Shown one piece after another: positions 1-8,680 of a DNA stretch of 64,000 nucleotides. A program made the position numbers and the translations under genes. The stretch spans positions 84,379 to 148,378 of the forward strand of contig CAILBC010000012.1 in the NCBI GenBank assembly GCA_903832325.1, written 5' to 3'. Origin of the DNA: an uncultured Sphingomonadales bacterium (GTDB lineage: Bacteria; Pseudomonadota; Alphaproteobacteria; Sphingomonadales; Sphingomonadaceae). Each line of letters opens with the position of its first letter. Position 1 is the first letter of the stretch. Below the pieces are notes generated by a model. The model was not told the origin of the DNA, searched no databases, and saw nothing but the letters and a program-made list of their open reading frames with translations.

Positions 1-436
1 CGCCCACGCCGGCCAGCGCCATGACCGACCCGCCGATGGCGCGGCGCGCAATGCTTTCACCCAGAAACGCGGCCGCCAGAAACAGCGCGATCAGCGGCGC
101 AATGAACGACAGCGCCATCGCCTCGGCCAGCGGAGTATGGACGGTGCCCCAGAAAAACAGCGTCGCCATGACCCCGGCCAGCGCCGAGCGCGCCAGATGC
201 AGCCGCAGGATCGCCGCGCGGGGCAGCCAGCCACCGCCCTGGCGCCGGCGCACGGTGACCCACACCGGGGTCATCAACAGGGCGCCAAACACATTGCGCC
301 AGAACAGCGCGGCATAGGCGCCCACCGCGATCGCCGCGGCCTTCATCACCCCGTCCATCACGCTGAAACTGGCGAGCCCCGCCAGGGTCATGCCGATCGG
401 AAAAAGAGCCTGACGCGCGCGCATGGCCGTTGCCAT
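1..436 (-). CDS. DMT/EamA family transporter (5' part; runs off window start)
   Basis: Manual translation MATAMRARQALFPIGMTLAGLASFSVMDGVMK...LAEAMALSFIAPL..LAAAFLGE is hydrophobic with the EamA pattern. Not in the ORF track because there is no stop in the window. Confidence 0.75.
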   Translation of the reverse strand, partial: MATAMRARQALFPIGMTLAGLASFSVMDGVMKAAAIAVGAYAALFWRNVFGALLMTPVWVTVRRRQGGGWLPRAAILRLHLARSALAGVMATLFFWGTVHTPLAEAMALSFIAPLIALFLAAAFLGESIARRAIGGSVMALAGVG

Positions 437-686
437 AGCCACAACGTTCCCCCCTGGCAAAACGACCCTGCAAAAACGACACCGATAAACGGTCTGGCGC
501 AAAAGCCAGGCTGGCAAAGGCCCGAGCGCCGGTTTTTCGTTTGCGGCGTGGGACTTTTGCCGGTCTGGCGCTTGATTGCGGGCCACGGCTGGGGCAGGGA
601 ACCAGCAGGGCAACGGCGTGTCATGGCGCGCCGCAGCGCCCCCCGTTCGCTTATTCGGCCTCTTATTCGGCAGGGATTATCCAGCC

Positions 687-2189
687 ATGCGCGCACGCCA
701 CAGGACCTCCATTTTTGTCCTGCCAGGGGCCTGGTTGCTGGTGGCCGGCCTGTTTGCCGCACCGATCGGCGCCGCGCCGGCGCAGCAGGGCCCCACCGAC
801 CTGACACCGCAAGCCCGCGCCGTGGCCACACCGCCAAAACCGAAGCTCAGGACGCCCGGAGTTGCGACCGCCAATGCGACGGCAAAACCGGCGATAAAGC
901 CAGCCGTGAAGAAAGCGGCCGTGGCCCCGGCCAAAGGCACCACGCAGACCGGTACCGTGCCCGCCGCCGGCGCGGCAGCGGCCGCTGCCGACAGCGCGTT
1001 CGAAGTGGAACAGCCCGAATCGCTGCCGGTGGCGCACTGGACGATCGATGATGCCAGGGCGCTGCTCACCGCGATCCGCAATGTCGGCGCCGAAGGGCTG
1101 TTTCCCCGCGATTATCAGCCCGTGGCGCTGGCCACGCAGATTGCCGCGGGCGAAAGCCCCGATCTCGACACGCTGGCCAGCCACGTGTTTGTCTGGCTGG
1201 CCGAAGACCTGCGCGATGGCCGCACGCCGATGCCGGCGCGCGAACAGTGGTTTGCGGTGGACCCCGATCAGGATCTGCACCCCAATTCGCAACTGCTGGC
1301 CGAAGCGACCGAACTGCACGATGTGCCGGGCGTGCTGGCCTCGCTGATCCCCACGCATCCCGATTATGCCCTGCTGAAGGACATGCTGGCCAAGGCCAAG
1401 GACCCGCGCCAGATCGCGATGATCCGCGCCAATCTCGATCGCTGGCGCTGGCTGGGCCGCGATCTGGGGCTGCAATACCTGATGATCAACGTGCCCGAAC
1501 AGATGCTGCGGCTGACGGTGAACAACAAGATCATCCACACCTATCGCGCGATTGTCGGCCGCCCGGGCAAGACCGCCACCCCGCAATTGGCCGAACAAGT
1601 CAAGAATGTGGTGTTCAACCCCACCTGGACCGTGCCGCAATCGATCGTGGTGGGCGAAGGGCTGGGCAAGAGCCTGATCGGCAACCCGGCCAAGGCCAAG
1701 CGCGAAGGCTATGTCGCCACCGAAAACGCCGATGGCACGATCACCGTGGTGCAGCAGCCGGGCGATACCAATTCGCTGGGCCGGGCCAAGCTCGACATGC
1801 CCAACGAACACGCGATCTATATCCACGACACGCCCAATCGCGGGCTGTTCGCGCTGCCCGCGCGCGCGCTGAGCCATGGCTGCGTGCGTGCCGAACATGC
1901 CACCGAACTGGCCATGACCATGGCCATTCTGGGCGCAGAGCTGCCGCCCGAAACTGCAATCGAATATTCGCTGTCAGGCAAATATACCAAGGTGCCGATG
2001 GCCAAGCCGTTCCCGGTCTACATCGCCTATTTTACCGTGGCGCGCGATGTGAACGGGCTGATGCGCAGCTTTCCCGATATCTATGGCCGCGATCCTGCGG
2101 TGCTGGCCAGCTTTGCCCAGCCGCGCGCGCTGCACACCACCCAGCGCAAAAGCAACGAGGCGATCATCAAGCTGGATAATCCGCTGTGA
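687..2189 (+). CDS. Murein L,D-transpeptidase (YcbB/LdtD-like, YkuD domain)
   Basis: Signal peptide, Ala/Pro/Lys-rich linker, YIHDTP...SHGCVR catalytic motif, 'NPTWTVP'. Start at ATG 687 preferred over 576. Confidence 0.88.
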   Translation: MRARHRTSIFVLPGAWLLVAGLFAAPIGAAPAQQGPTDLTPQARAVATPPKPKLRTPGVATANATAKPAIKPAVKKAAVAPAKGTTQTGTVPAAGAAAAAADSAFEVEQPESLPVAHWTIDDARALLTAIRNVGAEGLFPRDYQPVALATQIAAGESPDLDTLASHVFVWLAEDLRDGRTPMPAREQWFAVDPDQDLHPNSQLLAEATELHDVPGVLASLIPTHPDYALLKDMLAKAKDPRQIAMIRANLDRWRWLGRDLGLQYLMINVPEQMLRLTVNNKIIHTYRAIVGRPGKTATPQLAEQVKNVVFNPTWTVPQSIVVGEGLGKSLIGNPAKAKREGYVATENADGTITVVQQPGDTNSLGRAKLDMPNEHAIYIHDTPNRGLFALPARALSHGCVRAEHATELAMTMAILGAELPPETAIEYSLSGKYTKVPMAKPFPVYIAYFTVARDVNGLMRSFPDIYGRDPAVLASFAQPRALHTTQRKSNEAIIKLDNPL

Positions 2190-2248
2190 TTGTCTGGCCC
2201 GGAACTGCATTTCGCGGAGCGGGCTGGCACTGACTCCGTACCGGAAGC

Positions 2249-2854
2249 CTATCCCAGCCCCAGCCGGTCGGCGAACAGCAGGCGGCCGGCGGCAAGGTGC
2301 CACAGCGCATTGCCGAAATCGCCCGGCGCCATTGCGAAACAGCCGTCGCTGCGCCCCAGGCGGCCCCATTTCTGCAACATCGCCGGATCGGCATACCAGG
2401 CCGGGTGCATCACGATGGCGCGCGCCCCGGCGTTGGAATTGTCGGGTTCAAGCCCGGCAAGGCGGATCGAAGCGCCATATTTGCCATCATACCACTGGCA
2501 GGTGACATAGGCCCCGCGCGAGGTTGCCTCGCTGTTCGGCTCGTTTGAAAAGCGTTTCAGAAAGCCGTCGTGATCCGGGTCTGACCCTTTGCCGTGGGCC
2601 ACCAGAAACGAATGGACCTGCCCCGCCTCAAGATCGGCGAAATGGAGCCGGGGCAGCGCCGAAGGCAGCGCAAAATCGGCCAGGCCGACAACATCGCTGC
2701 GCCACACCAAAGACTGCACCCGGTCCAGCCGATCACGCGCTGCGGTCAGGATACGCCGGTGCTGTTCCGTTATGCGGTAGCCTTGCGCAAAGACGCGGCC
2801 CGGCACCAGCGCGGCAGCCGCCCCGGTCAGCACGGTGCGGCGGGTCAGCGTCAT
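2249..2854 (-). CDS. Murein L,D-transpeptidase catalytic domain protein (YkuD_2-like), Tat-type signal
   Basis: TRRTVL twin-arginine-like leader; VAHGKGSD, NSEATSRG, VMH...GRSDGCF motifs. Confidence 0.8.
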   Translation of the reverse strand: MTLTRRTVLTGAAAALVPGRVFAQGYRITEQHRRILTAARDRLDRVQSLVWRSDVVGLADFALPSALPRLHFADLEAGQVHSFLVAHGKGSDPDHDGFLKRFSNEPNSEATSRGAYVTCQWYDGKYGASIRLAGLEPDNSNAGARAIVMHPAWYADPAMLQKWGRLGRSDGCFAMAPGDFGNALWHLAAGRLLFADRLGLG

Positions 2855-3342
2855 TGTGCCGCCAGCGCCGTCAGCGTGCCGCCATCAACCCGCATCACCG
2901 TCCATTCGTCCATCGGCCGTGCGCCCAGTGCGCGATAGAACCCGATCGCCGGCGCATTCCAATCGAGCACCGCCCATTCCAGCCGCGCACAGTCGCGTTC
3001 AATCGCCAGAGCCGCCAGATGCGCCAGCAAGGCCTTGCCCAGCCCCGCGCCGCGCGCCGCCGGACGCACGAACAGATCCTCAAGGTAGATCCCCGGGCGC
3101 CCTTCGAATGTCGAAAAATTGTGAAAGAACAGCGCCATTCCTTGCGCCACGCCGTCGGCTTCGCCGATCACCACTTCGGCGTGGGGTCGCGGGCCAAACA
3201 GATGCCGGCCCAGCGCTGCGTCATCCAGTCGCACCTCGTGCGACAGGTCTTCATAAGCGGCCAGTTCGCGGATCAGCGCGGCAATCAACGGCAGGTCGGC
3301 AGGGTTTGCCGGGCGGATGCTGGTCTTTGATGCCTGGATCAT
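2851..3342 (-). CDS. GNAT N-acetyltransferase (spermine/spermidine acetyltransferase-like)
   Basis: FSTFEGRPGIYLEDLFVRP..RGAGLGKALL, VLDWNAPAIGFY; ATGA overlap with the downstream gene. Confidence 0.88.
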   Translation of the reverse strand: MIQASKTSIRPANPADLPLIAALIRELAAYEDLSHEVRLDDAALGRHLFGPRPHAEVVIGEADGVAQGMALFFHNFSTFEGRPGIYLEDLFVRPAARGAGLGKALLAHLAALAIERDCARLEWAVLDWNAPAIGFYRALGARPMDEWTVMRVDGGTLTALAAQ

Positions 3343-3389
3343 GGCAGCAGGAATGCCAAGCTCCGCGCCCAGTGTCGAGCGGGAACGGC

Positions 3390-3980
3390 CTAGTCTCCGA
3401 TCGTCATCCGGTCGCCGACGATGGTGACCGGGCCCAGCTGGCGCAGGGCCGTCTGGCCCAGCAGGCTTGTACCCAGACCGCGCACGACCACCGCGTCAAT
3501 ATCGTGCAGCACATGGCCGCCGATCTGCAACCGGTCGATCCGGACATGCGCGCCATAGCCCGGGCCCGATGCCGTCGTCACCACCTGGCGATATGTCGCA
3601 GGATCGGGCAGAACCCCGACCCCGCGCGCGTCGGCCTCGCTCAGCGCAACGCCGTCTGCGCCGGTATCGATGACGAAACGCACCGGCTGGTCATTGACCG
3701 AGGCATCGCCACGGAACTGCCCCCCGGGATCGCGCATCAGCACCAGCGCGCCGCCGCCCGCCACTGGCGCACCGGCAAAACCGGGCGCCCCCGGCTTTGC
3801 AACCCCCGGTGTAGCAACCCCCGGTGTAGCCAACATCGGCAGGCCCGCGCCATCGCCAGGCGCACCCTGCGCGGTTTCGCCCGGGGTTCCTGCCGCTGTA
3901 TTGGCAAAAGTGCCCAGCGAAGGTGCCAGCACGACCACCAGCACCAGAATGCCGATGACAAAGATGAGATAGCGCTGCAT
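3390..3980 (-). CDS. Retropepsin-like (clan AA) aspartic protease
   Basis: N-terminal TM segment MQRYLIFVIGILVLVVVL, FVIDTGA active-site motif, SLLGQ. Confidence 0.85.
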   Translation of the reverse strand: MQRYLIFVIGILVLVVVLAPSLGTFANTAAGTPGETAQGAPGDGAGLPMLATPGVATPGVAKPGAPGFAGAPVAGGGALVLMRDPGGQFRGDASVNDQPVRFVIDTGADGVALSEADARGVGVLPDPATYRQVVTTASGPGYGAHVRIDRLQIGGHVLHDIDAVVVRGLGTSLLGQTALRQLGPVTIVGDRMTIGD

Positions 3981-4006
3981 CGGATCTGGTGCGCAAATGG
4001 CCGGGA

Positions 4007-5125
4007 TCAGCCGACCGGTTCGGCTTCGCGCGCTTCGATTTCGGCCACTTTGGCTTCGACCAGCGAAACGATGTGGTCCAGCATGTCGGCCGATTGCACA
4101 TGGTGGTCGGTCACGCCCGACAGATAGACCATGTGTTTGCCATTGCCGCCGCCGGTAATGCCGATATCGGTTTCGCGCGCTTCGCCCGGCCCGTTGACCA
4201 CGCAACCGAGCACCGACAGCGAAATCGGCGTCTTGATATGCTGCAACCGTACCTCGAGCGCCTCGACCGTGCGGATCACGTCAAACCCCTGCCGCGCGCA
4301 CGACGGACATGACACCACGCGCACGCCCCGGGTGCGCAGCCCCAGGCTTTTGAGGATTTCAAAGCCGACGCGCACTTCCTCTTCGGGTTCGGCCGACAAG
4401 GATACCCGCAACGTATCGCCGATCCCGGCCCACAGCAGATTGCCAAGTCCGATCGAGGATTTGACCGTGCCGCCGATCAGCCCGCCGGCCTCGGTAATGC
4501 CAAGGTGCAGCGGGCAATCGACCGCTTCGGCCAGGCCCATATAGGCCGCAACCGCCAGGAACACGTCAGACGCCTTCACGGCGACCTTGAATTGGTGGAA
4601 ATCGTGATCCTGCAACAGCTTGATATGATCGAGCGCGGATTCGATCAGCGCCTCGGGACAGGGTTCGCCGTATTTTTCCAGCAAGTCCTTTTCCAGGCTG
4701 CCGCCATTGACCCCGATCCGGATCGCACAGCCGTTGGCCTTGGCCGCGCGCACCACTTCTGCAACCCGGTCGCTGCTGCCGATATTGCCCGGATTGATGC
4801 GCAGGCACGCAGCGCCCGCGTCGGCAGCTTCAAGCGCGCGTTTGTAGTGGAAATGGATATCCGCGATCAGCGGCACCCGCGCCGCCCGCGCAATCTGGCG
4901 GAACGCGGCAGTGCTCGCCTCATCCGGGCACGACACGCGAATCAGATCGGCCCCGGCGTCTTCACAGCGGCGGATCTGGTCGATCGTCGCCACAGCATCG
5001 GCCGTGGGGGTGTTGGTCATGGTTTGCACGGTGATCGGGGCATCACCGCCAACGGGAACCGCGCCGACCATGATCTGGCGGCTTTGACGACGCGCGATAT
5101 CGCGCCAGGGGCGTATGGAAGACAT
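4007..5125 (-). CDS. ispG: HMBPP synthase (flavodoxin-dependent)
   Basis: [27 protein letters not shown] and [10 protein letters not shown] 4Fe-4S cysteines. Confidence 0.97.
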   Translation of the reverse strand: MSSIRPWRDIARRQSRQIMVGAVPVGGDAPITVQTMTNTPTADAVATIDQIRRCEDAGADLIRVSCPDEASTAAFRQIARAARVPLIADIHFHYKRALEAADAGAACLRINPGNIGSSDRVAEVVRAAKANGCAIRIGVNGGSLEKDLLEKYGEPCPEALIESALDHIKLLQDHDFHQFKVAVKASDVFLAVAAYMGLAEAVDCPLHLGITEAGGLIGGTVKSSIGLGNLLWAGIGDTLRVSLSAEPEEEVRVGFEILKSLGLRTRGVRVVSCPSCARQGFDVIRTVEALEVRLQHIKTPISLSVLGCVVNGPGEARETDIGITGGGNGKHMVYLSGVTDHHVQSADMLDHIVSLVEAKVAEIEAREAEPVG

Positions 5126-5189
5126 GGCGCCCCTATACCGGACGCGGGGCCCCGGCGCAAAGGCGGTTTATGCGCCGGCATATGGCCGC

Positions 5190-5223
5190 AAAAAAGGGGC
5201 AGCCCGCGCGGGGCCGCCCCTTT
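5190..5223 (-). terminator. Intrinsic terminator after the TBDR
   Basis: Minus strand GGGGCGGCCC-CGCGC-GGGCTGCCCC followed by a T-run. Confidence 0.75.
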
Positions 5224-5253
5224 CCCGAAGTCCGCAAGTTCAGATCGGCTTGA

Positions 5254-8184
5254 TCAGAACTTTGCCGTCAGACCGACATAGAGCATCCGGCCATAGAGGT
5301 CGTAGGTATCGGCCACTGTGGCAGTGCCCGGCCAGACCACCGGATTGGTGTCGTTGAAGGTCGGCGGAGTTTTGTCGAAGATGTTGTTGATCCCGCCATA
5401 AAGCGTGAACTTCTTGTCCGCGCCGACAAAGATCTGGCCCTTCACGCCATGGTACCACACCGCATCGATGTGGTTGCCACCCAGCGTGTCATAGAGCGGG
5501 CCGAGGTACTGGACCGTCCATGCAACGCTGACGGTCTGGTTCTGCGCCGTGAGCACCGCGTTCACGCGATCCTTGAAGCCCGAACCCAGACGGCCGCACG
5601 AATAGCAGTCAGCCTGGCCCAGTTCGTTCTGCACCGCGCCGCCCGGATAAGGGGTCTGCGCTTGCGAAAAGCTGTGGTTCCACTGCACGTTCGCACCGAA
5701 CCCGCCACCCGTGCCGAGGAAACGCACCGGCACCTTGTAGTCGAACTTCGTGTCGAGGCCCGACACTTTGTACGAACCGGTGTTGAGGTTCAGCGCGTTG
5801 ACCCGCGTGATGAACCCGGTGTTGGGATCGCGGATGACGTTGTTGCAGAACACCGGGTTGCCCGAAGCAAAGCATTCGTCGACCGAAACCTGCTGGCCGA
5901 TGATGCCCACCGCGTTCTTCACCTTGATGCTGTAGTAATCGACTTTCAGCAGCAGGTTGCGGATGAAGCTGGGGGTGGCGACCACACTGGCGGTCAGGGT
6001 GTCGGCGGTTTCCGCCTTCAGGTTGAGGTTGCCGCCGAGCAGGCCGTCAACGGTCTGCAACTGCGAGGTGGTATAGGCAAAGGCGCCACGGTTCTTGACC
6101 GTGTTGGCAATGCCCGCGATCGAGGAGCAAGCCGCCGGCAGTGCCGACAGCGCAGCACCGTCGCCATTGCCGCCGCCCTGGTCGCACGGGTCGACGATGG
6201 CGGGGAAGGTCTGGCTGACGGCCGAATACAGTTCCCCGATGTTCGGCGCGCGGGTGGCGCGGGCGAACATGGCGCTGAAACGGATGTCGCTGCTGGGGGC
6301 GTAGTTGGCGCCCGCCTTCCAGCTGGAAACCCCGCCCACCGTCGAATAGTCGGCGTAGCGATAGGCGCCTTCGATGCTCAGCGATTTCACCAGCGGACGA
6401 TCGGCGATGATCGGCGCGACGACTTCGACGAAGCCTTCCTTCACGTTGAAGCTGCCGACCGTGTTCGAGATCTGGTTGCCCGAAGACAGGCCCAGCTGGG
6501 TGAACGGATCGAACGTTTCAGAGCTGCGTTCCTTGCGGTATTCTGCCCCTGCAGCAACCGCGATCGGGCCGGCCCACAGCGAGAACAGTTCGCCGTTGAT
6601 CTGCGCCGAAGCCACGTCCTGATAGACTTTGGCAAGGTAGCGGTATGCCGCCGAGTCACCCGTGTTGACGTGCACGGTCGACCCGTCGGGCGCAACAATA
6701 TCCTTGGTCGGGCCGGTGTAGGTCTGCAGGAACTTCGCCGCCGCCGGAGTGACGGTGTTGAAGCCGAAGATGTTGATCGGCACGCAGCCAGCCGCCTGGG
6801 CGGCCGGGTCCGAACAGACCACGGCGCCGTTGGCGCCCACGGTGTTCGACAGCGCCGCGCCATAGTTGGGCGCATAGATGCCGCCTGCGGTGGTGAAATC
6901 GCGGCTCTGCGAATGTTCGTAATAAACGTCGAACTTCCACTTGGGCGCGATATCGCCCTTCAGGCCCAGCACGCCGCGGAAATAATCGCGGTCGTTCTTG
7001 TTGCTGCGGCTGAAGATATCGACCGAGCGACGACGGAACTGGATCACGTCAACGCCGTTGGCAATGGCCGCGGCGCGGATCGCGGCGGGCACATAGGGGC
7101 TGCTGATCGGGATACCGGCATAGGCCGAACCGTCAAAGTTGAGCGCCGCACCCGGGCCGCTGTTGGCAACGGCCAGCGCTTCGAGCCCGGCGTTCGACCG
7201 GGTCTTGGTATATGTGCCTTCGGCATAGAGATCGGCCGCACCGAAATCATAATGCGTCAGCGCGCTGAGCGCATAGCGTTCCACCGGCAGCGCCAGATAG
7301 CGGTGCGGGTTCCGGTTGTAGCCATCGACGTTTGCGCCCTGATAGCCCTTGACCGCGTTGTTGCCGTCAAAGGTGTAGGTCAGGCCGTTGGCCGGCGAAA
7401 ACGCGGCCTGATCGCCATTGGCCACGCTGAACAGGCCCTGCGCGGCATAGGAGCTCTGGTTGGGATGGTCGTGCGCCGAGAACGTGCGGTTGGCCGAAGA
7501 CAGACCGCGATCGTTGTCATAGCTGCCGACGATCGTGATGTTGCCGCGGCCACCGGCGAAGTTGTGCCCGGCGAGCAGCGAAATGTATTGGCGGCCGGCA
7601 TCACCCTTGTCCGAAATGCCGCCCTGCGCGTGCAGCTGCAGGCCTTCAAAGTTGCGCTTGGTCACAAAGTTGACCACGCCCGCGATTGCTTCCGAACCAT
7701 AGACCGCCGAGGCGCCGCCGGTCACGATTTCAACGCGATCAACCAGTTCTTCGGGAAGGTTGTTCAGATCGGCAGCCGACGATCCGGCGATGCCGACGGT
7801 GCGGCGGCCGTTGATCAGCACCAGCGTGCGCGACGAACCGAGGTTGCGCAAGTTGACAGTGGCTTCACCGTTGCCGGTGTTCGAAAAGTTCGAGCTCGAC
7901 CGGCTGATGCCCTGGCCCACTTCAGGCAGGGTGTTGAGCAAGTCGGAAACGTTGGTCGCGCCGGTCGAAGTCAGCTTGTCGTTGGAAATGACCGAAATCG
8001 GCACCGTTGCCTTCAGGTCGGGGCGCGCAATGCGCGAGCCGGTAACGACAATGGTTTCAGCCGCAGCCGCATCGGGCGCGGCGGGGGTGGCTGGTGCATC
8101 GGCAGCAAAGGCCGTGCCCGAAAACAAGCCAAGGGCCAACGCCGCGCAAGCGACACTGCCCTTCATCGAAGGAAGCTTGGTCAT
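5254..8184 (-). CDS. TonB-dependent receptor (~976 aa)
   Basis: Signal peptide, TonB box ETIVVTGSRIAR, plug VNLRNLG..RTLVLING, C-terminal GRMLYVGLTAKF. Start MTKLPS at 8184. Confidence 0.93.
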   Translation of the reverse strand: MTKLPSMKGSVACAALALGLFSGTAFAADAPATPAAPDAAAAETIVVTGSRIARPDLKATVPISVISNDKLTSTGATNVSDLLNTLPEVGQGISRSSSNFSNTGNGEATVNLRNLGSSRTLVLINGRRTVGIAGSSAADLNNLPEELVDRVEIVTGGASAVYGSEAIAGVVNFVTKRNFEGLQLHAQGGISDKGDAGRQYISLLAGHNFAGGRGNITIVGSYDNDRGLSSANRTFSAHDHPNQSSYAAQGLFSVANGDQAAFSPANGLTYTFDGNNAVKGYQGANVDGYNRNPHRYLALPVERYALSALTHYDFGAADLYAEGTYTKTRSNAGLEALAVANSGPGAALNFDGSAYAGIPISSPYVPAAIRAAAIANGVDVIQFRRRSVDIFSRSNKNDRDYFRGVLGLKGDIAPKWKFDVYYEHSQSRDFTTAGGIYAPNYGAALSNTVGANGAVVCSDPAAQAAGCVPINIFGFNTVTPAAAKFLQTYTGPTKDIVAPDGSTVHVNTGDSAAYRYLAKVYQDVASAQINGELFSLWAGPIAVAAGAEYRKERSSETFDPFTQLGLSSGNQISNTVGSFNVKEGFVEVVAPIIADRPLVKSLSIEGAYRYADYSTVGGVSSWKAGANYAPSSDIRFSAMFARATRAPNIGELYSAVSQTFPAIVDPCDQGGGNGDGAALSALPAACSSIAGIANTVKNRGAFAYTTSQLQTVDGLLGGNLNLKAETADTLTASVVATPSFIRNLLLKVDYYSIKVKNAVGIIGQQVSVDECFASGNPVFCNNVIRDPNTGFITRVNALNLNTGSYKVSGLDTKFDYKVPVRFLGTGGGFGANVQWNHSFSQAQTPYPGGAVQNELGQADCYSCGRLGSGFKDRVNAVLTAQNQTVSVAWTVQYLGPLYDTLGGNHIDAVWYHGVKGQIFVGADKKFTLYGGINNIFDKTPPTFNDTNPVVWPGTATVADTYDLYGRMLYVGLTAKF

Positions 8185-8351
8185 GAAAAATGCCCCTGTA
8201 ACACGGCACGGGTTTCCCCGGCGCCGGTCTGTGGATCGAGTGGGCGACGCGTCGGGCCGTGGAGGTGGCCCGGCGCCATCAGCCTGGCGAATGGGAACCG
8301 GTTGGCGCATCGGACGGGGCAAAGTAAAGCAGGCTGGTATCGGCAGCGACC

Positions 8352-8372
8352 AGTTACAGCCAGAATGTAACT
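8352..8372. promoter_or_regulatory. Palindrome AGTTACA-N7-TGTAACT upstream of the TBDR
   Basis: Perfect 7-bp arms in an AT-richer intergenic region; regulator unknown. Confidence 0.5.
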
Positions 8373-8427
8373 TATTTGCCACACTTGGGCCGCTGTAAAA
8401 TATGACGGTAATCCGCCCGAAAATCCG

Positions 8428-8439
8428 GCAAACGTTCGC
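8428..8439. promoter_or_regulatory. LacI-family-like operator GCAAACGTTCGC
   Basis: One mismatch from the palindrome GCAAACGTTTGC; central AACGTT core typical of LacI-family operators. Confidence 0.35.
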
Positions 8440-8541
8440 AATGGTGTGGGGTTTCTGCAACGTTATGTTACGATAACCCGGCCCAGCCGCCAATATTTTC
8501 TGCAATGGGGCGCAGCCGCGACACAAAATTGCGCGGGGCGC

Positions 8542-8577
8542 AAAAAAGGGGCGGCCTGCGCACAGACCGCCCCCTTT
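8542..8577 (-). terminator. Intrinsic terminator after the upstream TBDR
   Basis: Minus strand GGGGCGGTCTG-TGCG-CAGGCCGCCCC-TTTTTT. Confidence 0.8.
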
Positions 8578-8620
8578 GCAACCGGATCAGGCAGCCCCGA
8601 AAGGGGTCAACCGCCCGGCC

Positions 8621-8680
8621 GGCACTTTACGTTCCCTGCCAGCACTTCACGTTCCCTGTCAGTACTTCACGTTCAGCGTC
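8621..8680. repeat. Imperfect 20-bp tandem triplication covering the TBDR 3' end
   Basis: ggcactttacgttccctgcc / agcacttcacgttccctgtc / agtacttcacgttcagcgtc. Confidence 0.85.
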
